A stretch of DNA of 62,995 nucleotides, counting the filler, from Octopus bimaculoides (taxonomy: Eukaryota): assembly GCF_001194135.2 (NCBI RefSeq). It is 10 parts of 10 records of this genome, joined end to end, with 100 filler letters (N's around TTAATTAATTAA, not from the genome) between each part and the next. Parts side by side here need not be neighbours in the genome. Positions count along the whole stretch, not along the records: positions 24,165 to 43,026 come from NC_069000.1; positions 43,127 to 48,830 come from NC_068991.1; positions 48,931 to 50,632 come from NW_026382564.1; positions 50,733 to 55,486 come from NC_068987.1; 6 more parts are not named here. The stretch is one strand, 5' to 3'. Below, one piece after another: positions 38,337-53,848 of this stretch. The translations under genes were made by a program, and so were the position numbers. Positions within the stretch are counted from its first letter, which is position 1; every line of letters begins with the position of its first letter. The notes under the pieces were generated by a model. The model worked only from the letters and a program-made list of their open reading frames with translations. It had not been told where the DNA came from and did not search any database.

Positions 38337-41300
38337 GCACATAAATATACATATAACTGACTACACCTATTTCCCAGTATATAATAAGGGACATATTTAC
38401 AACATATTGCATATCTTTTGCAGTGAGTAGTAATGCGTACATATATTCATGGTACGTCAGCCAAATTCTGTTAGTTTGGTTATTTTGGATTATATCGTAC
38501 AGAGTAACGGCTGAAAAATGAGAATGGAAGAAGATTTATGAAATTTTAAACAAATATTGATTTCGATGTCTTCCTACGCCTCTTATAAAAATTGTATGAA
38601 TGAAATATTTTATTTTTAAAGAAAACTTCAAGGGAATAATTAATTGATATTACAAATTCAGTTTTTAAAAAATAAGAAAAAAACTTTGAGAACATTAATC
38701 GTTAAAAATATTTGAAACGTTAAAACGTTACACGAAGAAATATCAGCGTAAGAAATTTATAAAACATATTCCTATAATACAGTGTATAATGTTAAATGTA
38801 AAATATTGAAGATAGAGGAGGTGTTGTGATTACCACAAAATACTGGAAAAACTGTTTTTCTCGTACAACTTAATCAGTTTATAATATCGCATGTTATAAA
38901 ATCAATTTAAGACACAGAAACACACACGTGTTAGTTGTGTATGCGTGTGTGTGTTTGTGTCTGTATGTGAGCATTTTTTTTTCGGCTTTACATTGGAAAA
39001 GTAGCAAAATGTTGGGTAACCGCCTTAATGCTCGAATAATCGATACCACATCCATTAAATATTATTTCAAACCTAATCCCTTCATATAATGACTTTATAA
39101 TTTCCAACAAAAATTAAATACACTCAAACGGTTTGATTGTATTCAAATTAAATACGTTTTAATGAACTGAATATCTTATTTATATACAGTACTATATCGG
39201 GCAGGTTATTAGCAGAATCGTTGCAATACCACACAATTTTTCCCTTCAATTTTTCCTGGGTGTTATGTCCGGTTCAAATCCTACTGAATTTAACCTTGAC
39301 ATTTGTCCTTCCGAGATCCATAAAATAAAAGTTTAAGCTCAGGATGATGGATTCGTAGCATCATTAAATTGCGGGAGGAACGATGTCTAACAACATTTAC
39401 TTGACACATTGCAGCAGTGTTCGGAAACCAAAGAATTCACCTGGAACAAGACTGGTGCTAAGTCCAGGCAGTGGAATGTCGGCTCTTGATTTACCTTTGA
39501 ACAACATCGGTAATATGAAGAATGTCTCCTCGGACAATCCAACCTACTGGAGACATACTTGCCTAGTGCAGAATGTAGTTGCCTTTAGTGGACTCTATCA
39601 TCACAATGAATCTTCCAAATGGTTCGTTCGTACAATTTTGTTTGAACCATTTTCGTGATTTTAAAATATTTTTTTGAAAATCTTGTTTTCAGAGAGGAAA
39701 GAAAGATGGGAGATATCGATAATAAATTGCAATCGATATTCTAATTAAATTTCTTTTATTAATTCACATGTAATTTATAGGTCTAGAATTTTGCTATTTA
39801 AAGATGTTGATTGCGAATATAAATATATTATTACCGTGTTTTCAATAATATGAAGGTCGGTTTTATATACAGGTATGCCGAAATTATATTCATGTATAAT
39901 CAAATTCACTTTCGAAGGTAAATTATGTATGTCAGAGTTCATAATCATTTAAAGAATACTGGCTTGCAATCCCTCGCAAAAACCACTCATAGGCTTGGCT
40001 CTGAGATTAAAACGATTGGTTTACAGCCATGTAATCTCACGTTCCGATCCACTTACAACTCAGGCAGCTACATTTTAAAACGCGCCATTTCCTTTTGAAA
40101 AGGAATTTTGGATACGAATTCCCAATGAATATACGTAAGTGTTGATGTGGAAGCCACTATTTTGTAGATGAGCAAATTTTGCCACCTTAAAGTGATACAA
40201 AAACTCTGAAATTCTCTTTTCATTTATTTCAAGAGATGTCCATATCAACCTCGCTCAGTCTGATCGTTAACACAGTCTCACTCCCACCTTTTATGTTTCC
40301 ACTATTTGCTGTTTGGGATTTCCATTTTAAATGTTTATATTTGACGAAATCTTTAAATACTTCAAACAAAATTCGACACTTCAATGAATAAATGAGAAGA
40401 AAATTTCAGTTTTTGTATGATTTTAAGATGGCGAAAAATAGCTCTTCTACGATGTAGTAGCTTCATGCACTCACACTCGTCTATTTTAAATGGGAATCTA
40501 CATAGTTTCCGCATCCCGAATTCCCCTCACGAGGACAAGAGGTTACGTTTTAAAATCTAATGAAAGTAAATAAGGGTTTAAGTTTTAAATCCTTATATAC
40601 TTTTGAATTTCGGTTTGACTACATATGTGCATCTGACACCCGTTTTGAATCTTTAGGTATGTTCCATTTTATGATTTGAATTCTATTTTTATGTCCGACA
40701 ATAATGAAAAACCTGGATGAGATGGCATTGACTTGTTCTCTAAACTTATTTCTTGAAAAATATGCGATGAACGAATATTAACTGGTGTTACAATGATTTA
40801 TGGAATTATACTTGAATTAATCTCTCTTTGAATTTGATGGCTTTATTTGATCACCTTAATTCCAACGAATGCTCCCTCATCATAACAATTCTCAATTAAC
40901 CTCCCCTATAAATATCAATCTTTGCATATTGATGTTTATTCGCTTTTTTGCTCCCTTCTGTGATTATCTTGCATACGTTTTTTTAATGGTTCATTATTCT
41001 TCATTTTCTCTATTCCATCACGTTTTCTGCGTCAATCCTTTCTTCTATAAATTCTGTTTAAAGATTGCTCCGAATAGTAAATTTTCTTTCTTTTTGCTGC
41101 TACGTTTAACGTTTCTTGTCTGCTATTTCTTTCTTGTTTTTTTTTTGTTAAATTTCCTTTTCAATTACAATTAGCACACAATTACCTCTCCCATATTTCC
41201 CCCCATTTCTATTCTTTTTCTTCTCTTTTAAACGGCATTCCTATATTCCGATTTTTAATCACTTTGACACGAGAGTTGACCACAAATCATTGTGTGTTGA

Positions 41301-42719
41301 AACCAATGTTTTGTAGTGAAGTCAAAATGTAGCAGCATTTAGAAACTAAATACACATTTACATGCTCACAAACACACGCACAAAATCACACACAAACGCT
41401 TACAAAAACACGTATACAAACGCATTTAGAAATGTTATTATTTCTTTCATTAGAGCAGTGAACTAATAGAACCGTTACTACGTAGAGAAACATGTTAGAA
41501 GCATTTCTTCCAGCTCTTTAAGCTCTGAATTCACATGCTGCCGTGGTCGATTTTTTTCTTTCATCCTTAGAGAGTGGCGTCAATAAAATCAGCACCAGCG
41601 ACTTACCAGGGTCGGTTTATCAACTTACAATTCTCCTTATATTGCTGGCTTTGTACTTTTATTTGAAACCATGATTGTAACCTCGAGTCATATACAATTT
41701 ACGCTACGCTATTCATCAGCTAAAATTCGTATTCTTAAACCATTTAAATCCTGGGCGCATAAAATTAGTTTCATCCGTGAAATTATGGTAAAATAAATAT
41801 AAACGACTAAATATCTTCACGTGGAAGAACAGGAAACTGAAGCGAAATGGTATATAATATTGCAGATTTAATAATTGATTCCCCCATCATTTCTTCGGCA
41901 AATATATTGATATCTATGCAAAACTGACAAGGACTATTAATATTAAAACAACTTTGGTGTTGACCCATGTACTGCCGAAATAATTAAAATCGTATTCGTT
42001 GCATAGCTAATGTTATATTTTATTTACTGTAATATCATTTTCAAATACCTATTAATTTCTCACTATAGCATATAAGTTAATAACAACTTAACTATTGATT
42101 TTCATGCGATTGATGCCACTGTGTAATTCCTCATTGATCTATGTGCAAAAGCAAAAATATTATGTGTAACAGTGCAAGACATCAAAGACACTTGAAAGAC
42201 ACACACGATTTTTTATGTTTCAATATATATTAATCAAGTATCATCTATGTTTTCGTAACTCAGTATTACACTCTCACACAACGCGTTTGCATTGCTCACA
42301 AAAACACGCACACATAGACATGCGACCACATGCACATATACAGATATGTGAACGTACGCAAGTATGTACTGACGTAAGTATGTATGTGAATAGTAAAGAG
42401 TGGAAAAACAGCCGGTGGGCGAATGAATGAAATGATACTGTGCTACCAATCCAAATATCTCTGGCGGTACGCAGCATGCAATACGACCCAGACGTGTAAA
42501 ACGTTGCAATATCATAGTCTAAGTAGCTTACAACGATGCTGAAATTATCACGAGCACTGTCGAATTTACGAGTGACTCTCTGGTGGGCAAGATGGAATTC
42601 TAATCACCGAATAAACATGCAAACATTGTTTATAGCCACTTTATATTTTAAGCAATCACAGTGTCTGAGTATAAGTGTTTGAATATATATATGTCTGTGT
42701 ATGTGTATATATACATATA

Positions 42720-43026
42720 TGCCTACATACATGCATTCATACATACATACATACATACATACATACACACATACATACATACATACATGCATACATGCAT
42801 ACATACATTCATACATGCATACATACATACATACATACATGCATACATACATACATACATGCATGCATACATACATACATACATACATACATACATACAT
42901 GCATACATGCATACATACATACATACATATATACATGCATACATACATACATACATACATGCATGCATGCATACATACATACATACATACATACATGCAC
43001 ATGTACATACATACATACATACATAC
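42720..43026. repeat. (CATA)n / (CATG) compound microsatellite
   Basis: Directly visible; runs into a gap. Confidence 0.95.
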
Positions 43027-43532
43027 NNNNNNNNNNNNNNNNNNNNNNNNNNNNNNNNNNNNNNNNNNNNTTAATTAATTAANNNNNNNNNNNNNNNNNN
43101 NNNNNNNNNNNNNNNNNNNNNNNNNNTTTATGTTTGTGTATGTGTATTTGGGTGTGCGTGTGTGTGTGTGTGTGTGTATATATGTCCATATTTTCTGGTT
43201 ATGAAATTAAACAGTATCCGATAGTGGGACACTGTTTCCAGAAATTCAGAATCTTCAAGAGTGTGAAACGACTTCTTAGCCAGTATAATTCCCAGGTCAA
43301 TATTCATCTGGCGTGTATATTTGCAATGATTATAGCGATAGACATTATGGAGACTAGTACGTCCTCAAAAATTATTCTCTTTTATTTTACAATTTCATAC
43401 AGCATATTTTTATGCTTACAACGACCTACTCATCAATATACAACGTCGGGATAAAACAGTTTATTTCATAGAATACTAATCAAATACTACCGGTATGTGG
43501 GAATTGGTTAGCAAGATATTATTCTAATAATG

Positions 43533-43905
43533 TGGAAGCGCAATGGCCCAGTGGTTAGGGCAGCGGACTCGCGGTCATAGAATCACGGTTTCGATTCCCA
43601 CACCGGACGTTGTGAGTGTTTATTGAGCGAAAACGCCTAAACGCTCCACGAGGCCATTCCGGCAGGGAATGGTGACGAACCCTGCTGTACTCTTGCACCA
43701 CAACATCAAGCTAACACATTCCTTGTGTGGCGGCGAGCTGGCAGATTCGTTAGCACGCCGGGTGAAATGCTTATCTGTTGTCCGAGCTTGATTTTCCCTT
43801 TCATCCTTTCGAGGTCAATAAATTAAGTACCAGTTGCATACTGGATTCGATCTAATCGACTGCCCCGCCCCAGAAATTTCGGGCCTTGTGCCAAGAGTAG
43901 AAATG
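43533..43905 (+). mobile_element. SINE A 5' part (43533-43705) followed by SINE C (43727-43905)
   Basis: Matches to the family A head and the family C head and tail. Confidence 0.8.
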
Positions 43906-45014
43906 AATATGTTCCATGTGTACGTCTTATTGTCTTTTGTTGTTTTGTTATTTGTGACATTTAATTTTTAATTTTCGATATACCAGTTTATATATTAGTA
44001 ACTTTTTTCAGTCAATAATTTAGCTTTAGTCACTTTAAATGGAGCATATATTGTAAATGGCATTTAATTATAACTATTATTAAAAAGGACCTACATATGT
44101 TACAATTCTCCGAAATTTACAGCCTTCGGTTTTGTTTACAAGTTGACGAGTGGGGTAAATAGGTGAATTGGATGCATACAGAGCCCTGTAAACTTTGATG
44201 TCGAGTTCAATTCACTGTAGTTCGGACTATCTATTTTTTTTCAGGTTTAGTCGCTTTAAATGGAGCATGTATTATTGTAAATAATATATAATTATAGTTA
44301 TTATTAAAAAGGAACTTCTCCGTAATTTACAGCCTTCAGGTTTGTTTATAAATATGTATATGTATTCTTTTACTTGTTCCAGCCATGCGGCTGCGGTCAT
44401 GCTGGAGCACCACCGTTGTTTTCTCATTTCCTCATTCACACTTGTATGTGCCTTTGTGCCAGCTGTTGGCCCATTTGGTGGATCAGCGAGTTTGATTCCG
44501 CTGCCTTGGTCTGCATCTCATGTTGTTTCCAGCTGGCTACACGACACAATATCTGTGTTCTTATATTTTCGAACAGAGGAGCTCAGCACCCCTATCCAGC
44601 ACAAAGCAACATCTGTGGACCGGTTTCTGGGTTATTGATCTTTATCAGCTCATAGGTGATGACAGACCCCTTCTCGTCGAAAACGATGCTTTTTTTATGG
44701 AGTGGCCTGCACAAATGATTTGTTTATACTGATCTAATGCATGTACCGTACATTAGTTCATTCTTTCCATGAAATCGACGTTACCCGAACAGGTGTAATT
44801 TGTGCTAGGTGTTTGGTATCGATGTGATCGCCGAGCAATGTCAGAAGTGTTTTGCTCAAGAACACATCACTCCACCCGGTCTAGAAATTGAAACTATGAT
44901 CTCAGGATCGTGAGTGCAAGGCCTTGCATACAAACATATATAATATATATAATGCAAGTTATGGTATGTGATTATATTGTGAGTTTTCTCTAAAAAATCA
45001 ATTTTTGTGAACCC

Positions 45015-45430
45015 ATGGAGAGATCAAAATCTCGTGTTGTTTATGTATATGAGTTCCCTTCTGGAACCAATGCATCCCAGACAGCTCGAAACATCAATGA
45101 GGTGTTTGGTAAAGATGTGGCGAATGAGTGCACAGTACATCGATGGTTTGGGAAGTTCCGGTCTGATGATTTAAGGTTGAAAATGAGCCTCGTGGTAGAC
45201 CTGAAACCATGGTGGATAATGAAACTTCGCATGAGTTAGCATATCTGAAACTACGCATGAGTTAGCACCAAGGTTTGATGTTTCGATTCCAACTGTATGG
45301 GACCATCTGAAACAAATCAGCAAGGTAAAGAAACTGGCCAAGTGGGTACCACACGAACTGAACGAGCATCAAGTGTCACTTCGTTTTGAAGCTTGCTGTT
45401 CTTCGCTGTCACGGCATAAAAGCGAAACAG
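45015..45430 (+). mobile_element. mariner (Mos1-like) transposase remnant
   Basis: MERSKSRVVYVYEF...TARNINEVFGKDVANECTVHRWFGKFRSDD and HLKQISKVKKLAKWVPHELNEHQ (WVPHEL at 45343); frameshifted. Confidence 0.88.
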
Positions 45431-45478
45431 AAAAACGGAGAAGGAAATGTATATACATACAAACACACACACACACAC

Positions 45479-45531
<53 letters not shown>

Positions 45532-46605
45532 TGTATATAAATACAGAGTGAGATAGAGACACAGACAGAGACACACGCACATCATAGAATGAAAAAGTTT
45601 ATCTGGTAATCACAGTGTTTCTAGTTCGATCCCAACCCATGACACACGTTGTGCAAGTGTCCGTTTTCAAGTGCCAGGTCGGCCTTTTCACGGTGAACTG
45701 TATTAGGCAGACAGTAACTGTGAAGACATAAGCCCCATCTGGATGATTGTAACTCTAAATAAATAGTGGAACCCTATCACATGCTGTCACGCAGGTTCTA
45801 CATCAGAAAATGCAGCCACTTCCACGGGCAAATAATTCAGCTAATAGAAGCTAATCTTTCTCCACGATATACATACACACAAACACTACACAAGCGTACA
45901 CACGCACACACACATGTATATATATATATANNNNNNNNNNNNNNNNNNNNNNNNNNNNNNNNNNNNNNNNNNNNNNNNNNNNNNNNNNNNNNNNNNNNNN
46001 NNNNNNNNNNNNNNNNNNNNNNNNNNNNNNNNNNNNNNNNNNNNNNNNNNNNNNNNNNNNNNNNNNNNNNNNNNNNNNNNNNNNNNNNNNNNNNNNNNNN
46101 NNNNNNNNNNNNNNNNNNNNNNNNNNNNNNNNNNNNNNNNNNNNNNNNNNNNNNNNNNNNNNNNNNNNNNNNNNNNNNNNNNNNNNNNNNNNNNNNNNNN
46201 NNNNNNNNNNNNNNNNNNNNNNNNNNNNNNNNNNNNNNNNNNNNNNNNNNNNNNNNNNNNNNNNNNNNNNNNNNNNNNNNNNNNNNNNNNNNNNNNNNNN
46301 NNNNNNNNNNNNNNNNNNNNNNNNNNNNNNNNNNNNNNNNNNNNNNNNNNNNNNNNNNNNNNNNNNNNNNNNNNNNNNNNNNNNNNNNNNNNNNNNNNNN
46401 NNNNNNNNNNNNNNNNNNNNNNNNNNNNNNNNNNNNNNNNNNNNNNNNNNNNNNNNNNNNNNNNNNNNNNNNNNNNNNNNNNNNNNNNNNNNNNNNNNNN
46501 NNNNNNNNNNNNNNNNNNNNNNNNNNNNNNNNNNNNNNNNNNATATATATATATATATATATATACATATATATATAAACATACATATATTATTATATAT
46601 ACAAA

Positions 46606-46639
<34 letters not shown>

Positions 46640-49059
46640 CACATTCATATATATACTTATATATACAAATGTATGTATGTGTGTGTTTTATTTTGTATTT
46701 TGTTATTTATGACTCAACTTTTTTGTGCGACAAGCTTTGAAGTTTGATATTTGTGTTAAATTACATATCTTCTTGAATTTGTTGCATAACTACATGATAT
46801 ATTTATACAGTTTCCGTCTTAGTGTGTCAAACTCATTTGGCTTTGTGGGACGGATTGAAGCACAATCTAAATCTCGCCGGCTGGCTTCTGATAATTATCT
46901 TTAAAACTCTATTGACACTGCAGTCCAAACTAAATGGCTAATGAGGTCAATAGACATTATAGAAATGTATTATTACTATGGAAAGCCATATTATGAAGTG
47001 AGAATAAATCTTTGTGCAGAAGTTAGTAAGAAATTATGTCTGGTGGTTGTATATATATATTCAGTTCTATTATGTATGTTTTGGGAGGCAGAACGATGGT
47101 ACAAAATGTCCGAATGAGAACGTATAGTTTTGAGGAAACAGATGAAGCTTCTTTAAGCTAGAAATCAGTTCAGATAAAAACTTTCGTAAATTTGAGAAAG
47201 GAGCCTTTCGTTTAACACGGCATTTATAGAGAAATTTAAGGGAAAATAGGTCTCATATTGTAGTGCGTAAATGGCTGTTTTGCAGAAATAACAAAAGACA
47301 CCTTAAGGTGAACATAATTTATTAAATCGGAACTGATGTTAATCAAAACTGTAAGAGGGCCCCGACTATAAACCAGACTAGCAAGACACTTGGGTACTTG
47401 CGTGGTAAAGAAACTCGCTTCACAAACGAGTGGTACGGGTTCAATCAACAATATGACACCTAGGACAAGTGTCTTCAACTCTAGTACCGGGTCAATCAAT
47501 GCTTTGAGCTAGAATTTGGTTGACGGAATATGTAGAAGTCCGATATGTGTATGTATGTGTGTGTGTGTGTGTCTGTGTGTGTGTGTGTGTGTGTGTAATT
47601 TTGTGCTTATGTTTGTCCTCCCTACCAGTGAACAAGAGGTATTGGTTTGTCTATCTCTCCGTAAACTTACCGGGTCGGCAAATAGAGACATAGAACAAGT
47701 ACCAGGTGTAACAAAATTGATGCTGGAGTCGATTGATTCCACCACACCCATCAAGGTGGTGCCCCAGCATGGCCGCAGTCCAGTGAGTGAAACAAGTAAC
47801 AGATAAAAGATTTTTAAAATATATACAGAACTGGGCAGGTTGTGTGAATTAAACACCACCGTGGGGCGAACTGAAAGTTGCTACACGCCGTATGTTTCAT
47901 ACATCCGTTTAGCTCCTAACACTTCACTGTTTTAGGAGTCATATTGTGAAACCCATCCCCAAATTTTTTTAATGATTTCAAACACTTAGTCTTTTAGCAT
48001 TTAAGATACTCTCTTTAATTCATTATTTCTTAAATCGCTGTCAGTCTAAATTCGACAGCAACCTCGAATATATATATAGGTATTGTATTTATGTGTTTAT
48101 ATAGTACTTCATTACTTGCCCCAAATGCAAAGTGAATTATATTGGAAAAACCAATAATTCCCTTTGCCAACGCGCAAGAATCCACTCACAGCACGTCCGA
48201 CAAGAGGAACTACGGAGAATTCCACTGAGCAAACATTTGGAAATATGTGGAGAATGAAAATTCAAAGTTCCGAAAGATGAGTCCTCAACAAAAATTAATA
48301 TTACTATATATTTTTTGAAATACCACCTATGAGAATTTTATACGAATTTGATTGTATATATGTTAAAGATGATCTCAAACCATTGCTAAAACATTTTTAC
48401 CACATTGTTGGATCTTACAAAACGTTCCAGTTTCCGAAATTTTATAAGAACAACTTCTTTCCCGTTTCTGTACTTAGCTGTCTTTCTCCTTTAGAAAATT
48501 CTAGGTTGGAGCTTTAAAATATATTCAAAACAAAACAGCCAACCAGAAATAGATAAATTTGGAAATATAATTGTGAAAGCATTGTGCGTTGCTTTTTTAA
48601 AATCCCATTTTACAGTCTGAAAGACAAATACTCGAAGAGAAATCAAGAGTAGTGGCTAAAATGACCAAAACTTACCAGGTTTATTTAACGACAGAGGTGA
48701 ATTTTTAATCATATTAATTAATTTTTTTTAAAAATCATAATGTGTACTTATGTTTGTGAGGTGTGTGTATGTTTGCACAAATATGAACATGTACATATAG
48801 ATGTCTTTGAGAGTGTGTTTATATATATATNNNNNNNNNNNNNNNNNNNNNNNNNNNNNNNNNNNNNNNNNNNNTTAATTAATTAANNNNNNNNNNNNNN
48901 NNNNNNNNNNNNNNNNNNNNNNNNNNNNNNAAATAATGATTTCTTTATTAACCACAAGGATTTACATTAAGAAAAATATTATGGACAGCACAGGACAAAA
49001 CAAAGAATGTGTGTGTGTATGTGTGTGAGTGTGTGTTGTTTTGGGGGTTTTGTGTGTAA

Positions 49060-50020
49060 TCAAGACCAACAAAATTTTAAAATATCAACGATGTGTGATC
49101 CTCAATTGGGAGGAGACGTTCGAAGGCTGTTCATGGAAAAACCCCATAAAAAAAAAACATGGGTACCCTGACTTTGGGGCAGGTACCTTTTTCCTTTCCG
49201 TTTTTTTCCCAACTCCAGGCGTATGCTCAGGGCAGGCCCGTTCATCCACACCGTTCTCGCCACTTTCATCCACTTTTCAGCAAACCGGTTAGAAGACCAC
49301 ACTTCCCTCTCTATCCTTATTTGAGGAAGTTGATCAGGGATTGGCCAAAGAGAAAATTATTTGTCTTCAGCCTCTTCACTTTTGTCCACCATACAACCTC
49401 TTTCGCCATGGCCACCGGGTATATAAACACAGCCTTTCCTTCTCGGTTAAAGGAAGACGGCGGGGCGACCTTCACGATGGATTCAGTTGGCAACTAGATC
49501 CGTCCCACACGCGATAGCAGGTGTTCGACATAAACTCACAGGTCAGCAATGTTCGGGCACTGTACCAGTGCATGCAGGACCGTCTCGTTGTCCTGCACGC
49601 ATCTCGGATATGCTCGACTGATGGCACTTTCGTGCCTGAAAAGTGTATCTCGAACAGGAAAAGCTCTCTGGTAGCACTGCCAGGCCAGAGATTTTTGGAA
49701 AATTACGCATCGGCGCCGGGCCGAATGTTCTCCGGAAAAGAGCGGCTAGTTGATCTTCGACGCCCAAGGTCTCCCCAAGAAAGCCGTCGCACTGTGAGCG
49801 CTTGAAGACATTCCACTTTCCAAATGCTCCCTCCCAGTCTCTGTTTTACCTAGGTCTGCAGCTCTGTTAAAGAATCTAGCCGCGGAAATACATGTCTGGT
49901 GAACGGCGACCACATCTGTTCACCGTCAAGGAAGCACTGGAGATGTCGTAGCCTCAATGCATGTCTGCGCATCATCAACCACGGCATGCCCAGGCCATCA
50001 CTCAGCCGGTGTTGGCAGCA
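49060..50020 (-). mobile_element. L1/Tx1-like LINE 3' remnant (post-RT region, CCHC knuckle)
   Basis: Minus-strand SLAWQCYQRAFPVRDTLFRH...YPRCVQDNETVLHALVQC...AKEVVWWTK; stops and frameshifts. Confidence 0.75.
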
Positions 50021-50248
50021 GAGAAACCGCCAAATAATAATACTGTTTTCTACATGAATGTGTTGAATATTCAGATTCTCTTCTACTCTTTTACTTGTTT
50101 CAGTCATTTGACCGTGGCCATGCTGGAGCACCGTCTTTATAGTCGAGCAAATCGACTCCAGAGCTTATTCTGTTTGTTGTCTACACCACCTGTCTTCGTC
50201 ATTTGTTTTGTTTTGTTTCTATGAATTCTCCCTATAAACATACACATA

Positions 50249-50284
<36 letters not shown>

Positions 50285-50421
50285 NNNNNNNNNNNNNNNN
50301 NNNNNNNNNNNNNNGGTTCAAAAAAAAGGAAAAAAGACAAAAAACAACAACAAAAAGCGACAACGTGAGGACATGATATAAATTGTGTTACTAGACACTC
50401 GGGAAAGGAAAGAGAGAGAGA

Positions 50422-50455
50422 CTATGACGTTTCGAGCGGAGCTCTTCGTCGGAAA
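50422..50455 (-). ncRNA. Minimal hammerhead-ribozyme-like motif (degenerate stem I)
   Basis: Minus strand TTT-CCGACGA-A-GAGC(TCC)GCTC-GAAAC-GTC-ATAG; core U4C and poor stem I. Confidence 0.55.
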
Positions 50456-51560
50456 CAAGGAAAGTTCAAAGAAGGAAAAAACGGAGGAAGAAAAAATTGC
50501 CACCGATGTCCACGAGGTTATATTCTGGAAAGACCGGAAGGGGAAGTAGTGGAATGTATATGTATATATATACATACATACATACATATATACGTCAAGA
50601 TCACCAGCAGTCTACCTCCCACACACAGCCCCNNNNNNNNNNNNNNNNNNNNNNNNNNNNNNNNNNNNNNNNNNNNTTAATTAATTAANNNNNNNNNNNN
50701 NNNNNNNNNNNNNNNNNNNNNNNNNNNNNNNNATATATAAGTATATATGTGCATATATATATGTATATATATTTCTATATATGGGATGTATGAATGTACG
50801 TACGTACGTACGTATGTATGTACGTATGTATGTATGTATGTATGCATGTGTGTATGTAGTATGTATGCATGCATGCATGCATGCATGTATATAATTTAAA
50901 GTAGTGAAGAATGGCAAACAATTAGTTCAGTTTCCGTCTGTCAAATCCACTCACAAGGCTTTGGTCGGCCCAGGGCTAAGTAGAAGACACTTGCTCAAGG
51001 TGCCTCGCAGTGGGGCTGAACCCGGAACCACGTGGTTGGTAGCCAAACTACTTACCACATAGCCACTTCTTCGCCTATACATACATACATACATACATAT
51101 ATACATACATACATACATACATACATAATACATACATACATACATACATAATACATACATACATACATATATACATACATATATACATACANNNNNNNNN
51201 NNNNNNNNNNNNNNNNNNNNNNNNNNNNNNNNNNNNNNNNNNNNNNNNNNNNNNNNNNNNNNNNNNNNNNNNNNNNNNNNNNNNNNNNNNNNNNNNNNNN
51301 NNNNNNNNNNNNNNNNNNNNNNNNNNNNNNNNNNNNNNNNNNNNNNNNNNNNNNNNNNNNNNNNNNNNNNNNNNNNNNNNNNNNNNNNNNNNNNNNNNNN
51401 NNNNNNNNNNNNNNNNNNNNNNNNNNNNNNNNNNNNNNNNNNNNNNNNNNNNNNNNNNNNNNNNNNNNNNNNNNNNNNNNNNNNNNNNNNNNNNNNNNNN
51501 NNNNNNNNNNNNNNNNNNNNNNNNNNNNNNNNNNNNNNNNNNNNNNNNNNNNNNNNNNNN

Positions 51561-51619
<59 letters not shown>

Positions 51620-52439
51620 TATATATATATATTAGTGTTTGTCTCCCTCGTCAGTCATTAAGATAGTGCTTGTGTGGCTATTGAGTTGTTTTGACTCTAA
51701 CTTCTAATAATTCTGGTACTACTTAGTACCCTCTGTCCCTTTAGTGATGACTATAAATTTGCCTTTATGTTGTTAAGCTGCTAATAAGCCACCCATATTA
51801 TATATATTTTGGCAGAAAGACAACTGCAAAGATAGAAATTGAAATTGTTCGAATTTTCATCAGACTGCGAGAGCTCCGCATAGTGGTGGAGGAGTGAATT
51901 TTAAAAATATTACGTATCTCTGTGGTACATCCATCCCCACACACACTTACACACATGCACAAATATTGTTATTGACCCACATATTCACAAGCAATGACCG
52001 TGTAATTAGATAAAACATATACGAAGAAATACATAGAGGGAGTGTGATGATGATGAAGAAAGAGAAGTTAAGAAAGCAAGGGAAATGGAGAACATACCGA
52101 AATGTGAGAGAGTCTCGGAAAAAATTATGCACGGATATAAAACACAGGAGATAGGAAAAATAGTGGAAAATACTAAAATTAGTAGTGCATGCGTTGAATT
52201 TGTAAGAAAAAATTACCATCTCGAAATATAAGAATACTAAAATTATGTTCGAAAACACATATAGATCTAACCCAAAACTAGTTACACAAAATGTTTATAA
52301 GTGAAAATCCAAGTCTGTCCTAGAATAGAAAGAGCTTATAGCGAGGTGTTCAGTGTTTAAGTAGGAGTTTTCTCACACTGAACAATGTATTCATTTAGAG
52401 AACATTTACGTCTCGACATGAAGATACAAAGTTGAATTT

Positions 52440-53830
52440 TAAAACTGCTTTACGATTGTATTTTTCTGCGAAGTAATACTTCCATCTCTTTGTAACTCTG
52501 ACGTATGGTCTCGATCATTATCTAAATGTCAAATGTGACTTGAGAATTTTGCAATACCACCTTTCGATGTCTTCGGAATAAAGTGTATGCGGTTTTGAAA
52601 TCTCCAATTGAGATCTCAATCTGATGTGTTATTTAAGTTGGTTTTCTCAATTACATCCATAGATTTGAGACTTCCTCATAAGTAAGTGTTACATGATCCA
52701 TTCAGCAGGCATGCTTTTGGATTTCTGAAGGAACAGCCAACTGCAAGTATTGGGGTAGGTTTATGTGATATACTTTCTTGGTTGGTGCACAGTTATTGGT
52801 ATTTGTGACTACATGTCTCTTGAACAATTTCTTAAATTTAGATTCTGTTTTGAATTGCCTGTCTATTAAATACAGAAAGATCTTATCTATGTTAGAGCCA
52901 ATTTTGAGTGAGAAGGGTTATGCAAACCAAGTCCCCTTGCCATACTTAGTTTTTATGTTAGTGCCTTGGCGAGGGTCAAAGGAGATCTTAACTTTGAACC
53001 TACTTGTGACAGGGGCGTCATTGAAGTAAGGACCGTCTGATCGAAAACATTTACGCTAATGACAGGTCGGCGATATTTTTGCATACACCTTTCATGAGAG
53101 TTTTGCAGAATAATGGAAGTGTGCGACAAGATTCTACGTTAATGCATATGTGTTTCTAATTTAACTTCTTTAAAGGCTTGAAGGAAGCGGTACTAAAGCC
53201 TAGAGTAGGGCTCTAGGAAACTGACTATTCTAACATTAACTTCTATAGTAATATTAAGGCCGAAAGATCTGAACATCTGCATAATATGTCTTATTAACTT
53301 ATCTAACGTGTGCCCACGTACTTGTATAGAGATTGCTAAGATGTTGTCCCTATATTAAAGCTAGAAAAGACGGACAGTATTTTTTTTAATTATCTAAGAT
53401 TAACAGTCCTATATGGTCGCAGATGTCCACTGCATGGAAAGATTTTATGTGAACATCGATGGCCCTCTGCGTATCTTCAACTTTATCAGCCAGGTTGAGC
53501 CCTTATCGAAGAATAAGTTCTTTGTAGATTGAAACGTGATCGATAAATCTGTTTTACTTTATAGGGGTAGATAATGTCGCGAAGTCGAGCATGCTCCGGA
53601 GTATTTTGGAGTAGTGACGAGTAAAAATTGCTGATATCGAATTGGGTGAACCTAGCGCAATCATTATCTCGTGTATATTTGTATGAAGTATATACATTAA
53701 CGTAGCTATGCGTTGGACTGTCACTCTCTTAAATACGTATCCTAAAGTGGTTAACAAATGTGATTGGTGGCGTTTGAGTTATAGTTGTCGTTCTGTTCGT
53801 CCGGTTTTAACTAAGAATCTTAAATCTAGT
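52440..53830 (-). mobile_element. Penelope-like element remnant (RT + GIY-YIG region)
   Basis: Minus-strand FTQFDISNFYSS (53650-53615), IDVHIKSFHAVDICDHIGLLILDN, YRDNIL, FRSFGLNITIEVNVRIVSFL, IDRQF..KFKKLFKRH and CSFRNPKACLLNGSC (52735-52691) follow the order of PLE RT, linker and endonuclease. Confidence 0.75.
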
Positions 53831-53848
53831 TTATCCAGTCGGTTATAA

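Noticed and set aside
39383-39658. 91-aa ORF in non-repeat sequence
   Set aside because: No recognisable domain or consistent splice pair on either strand.
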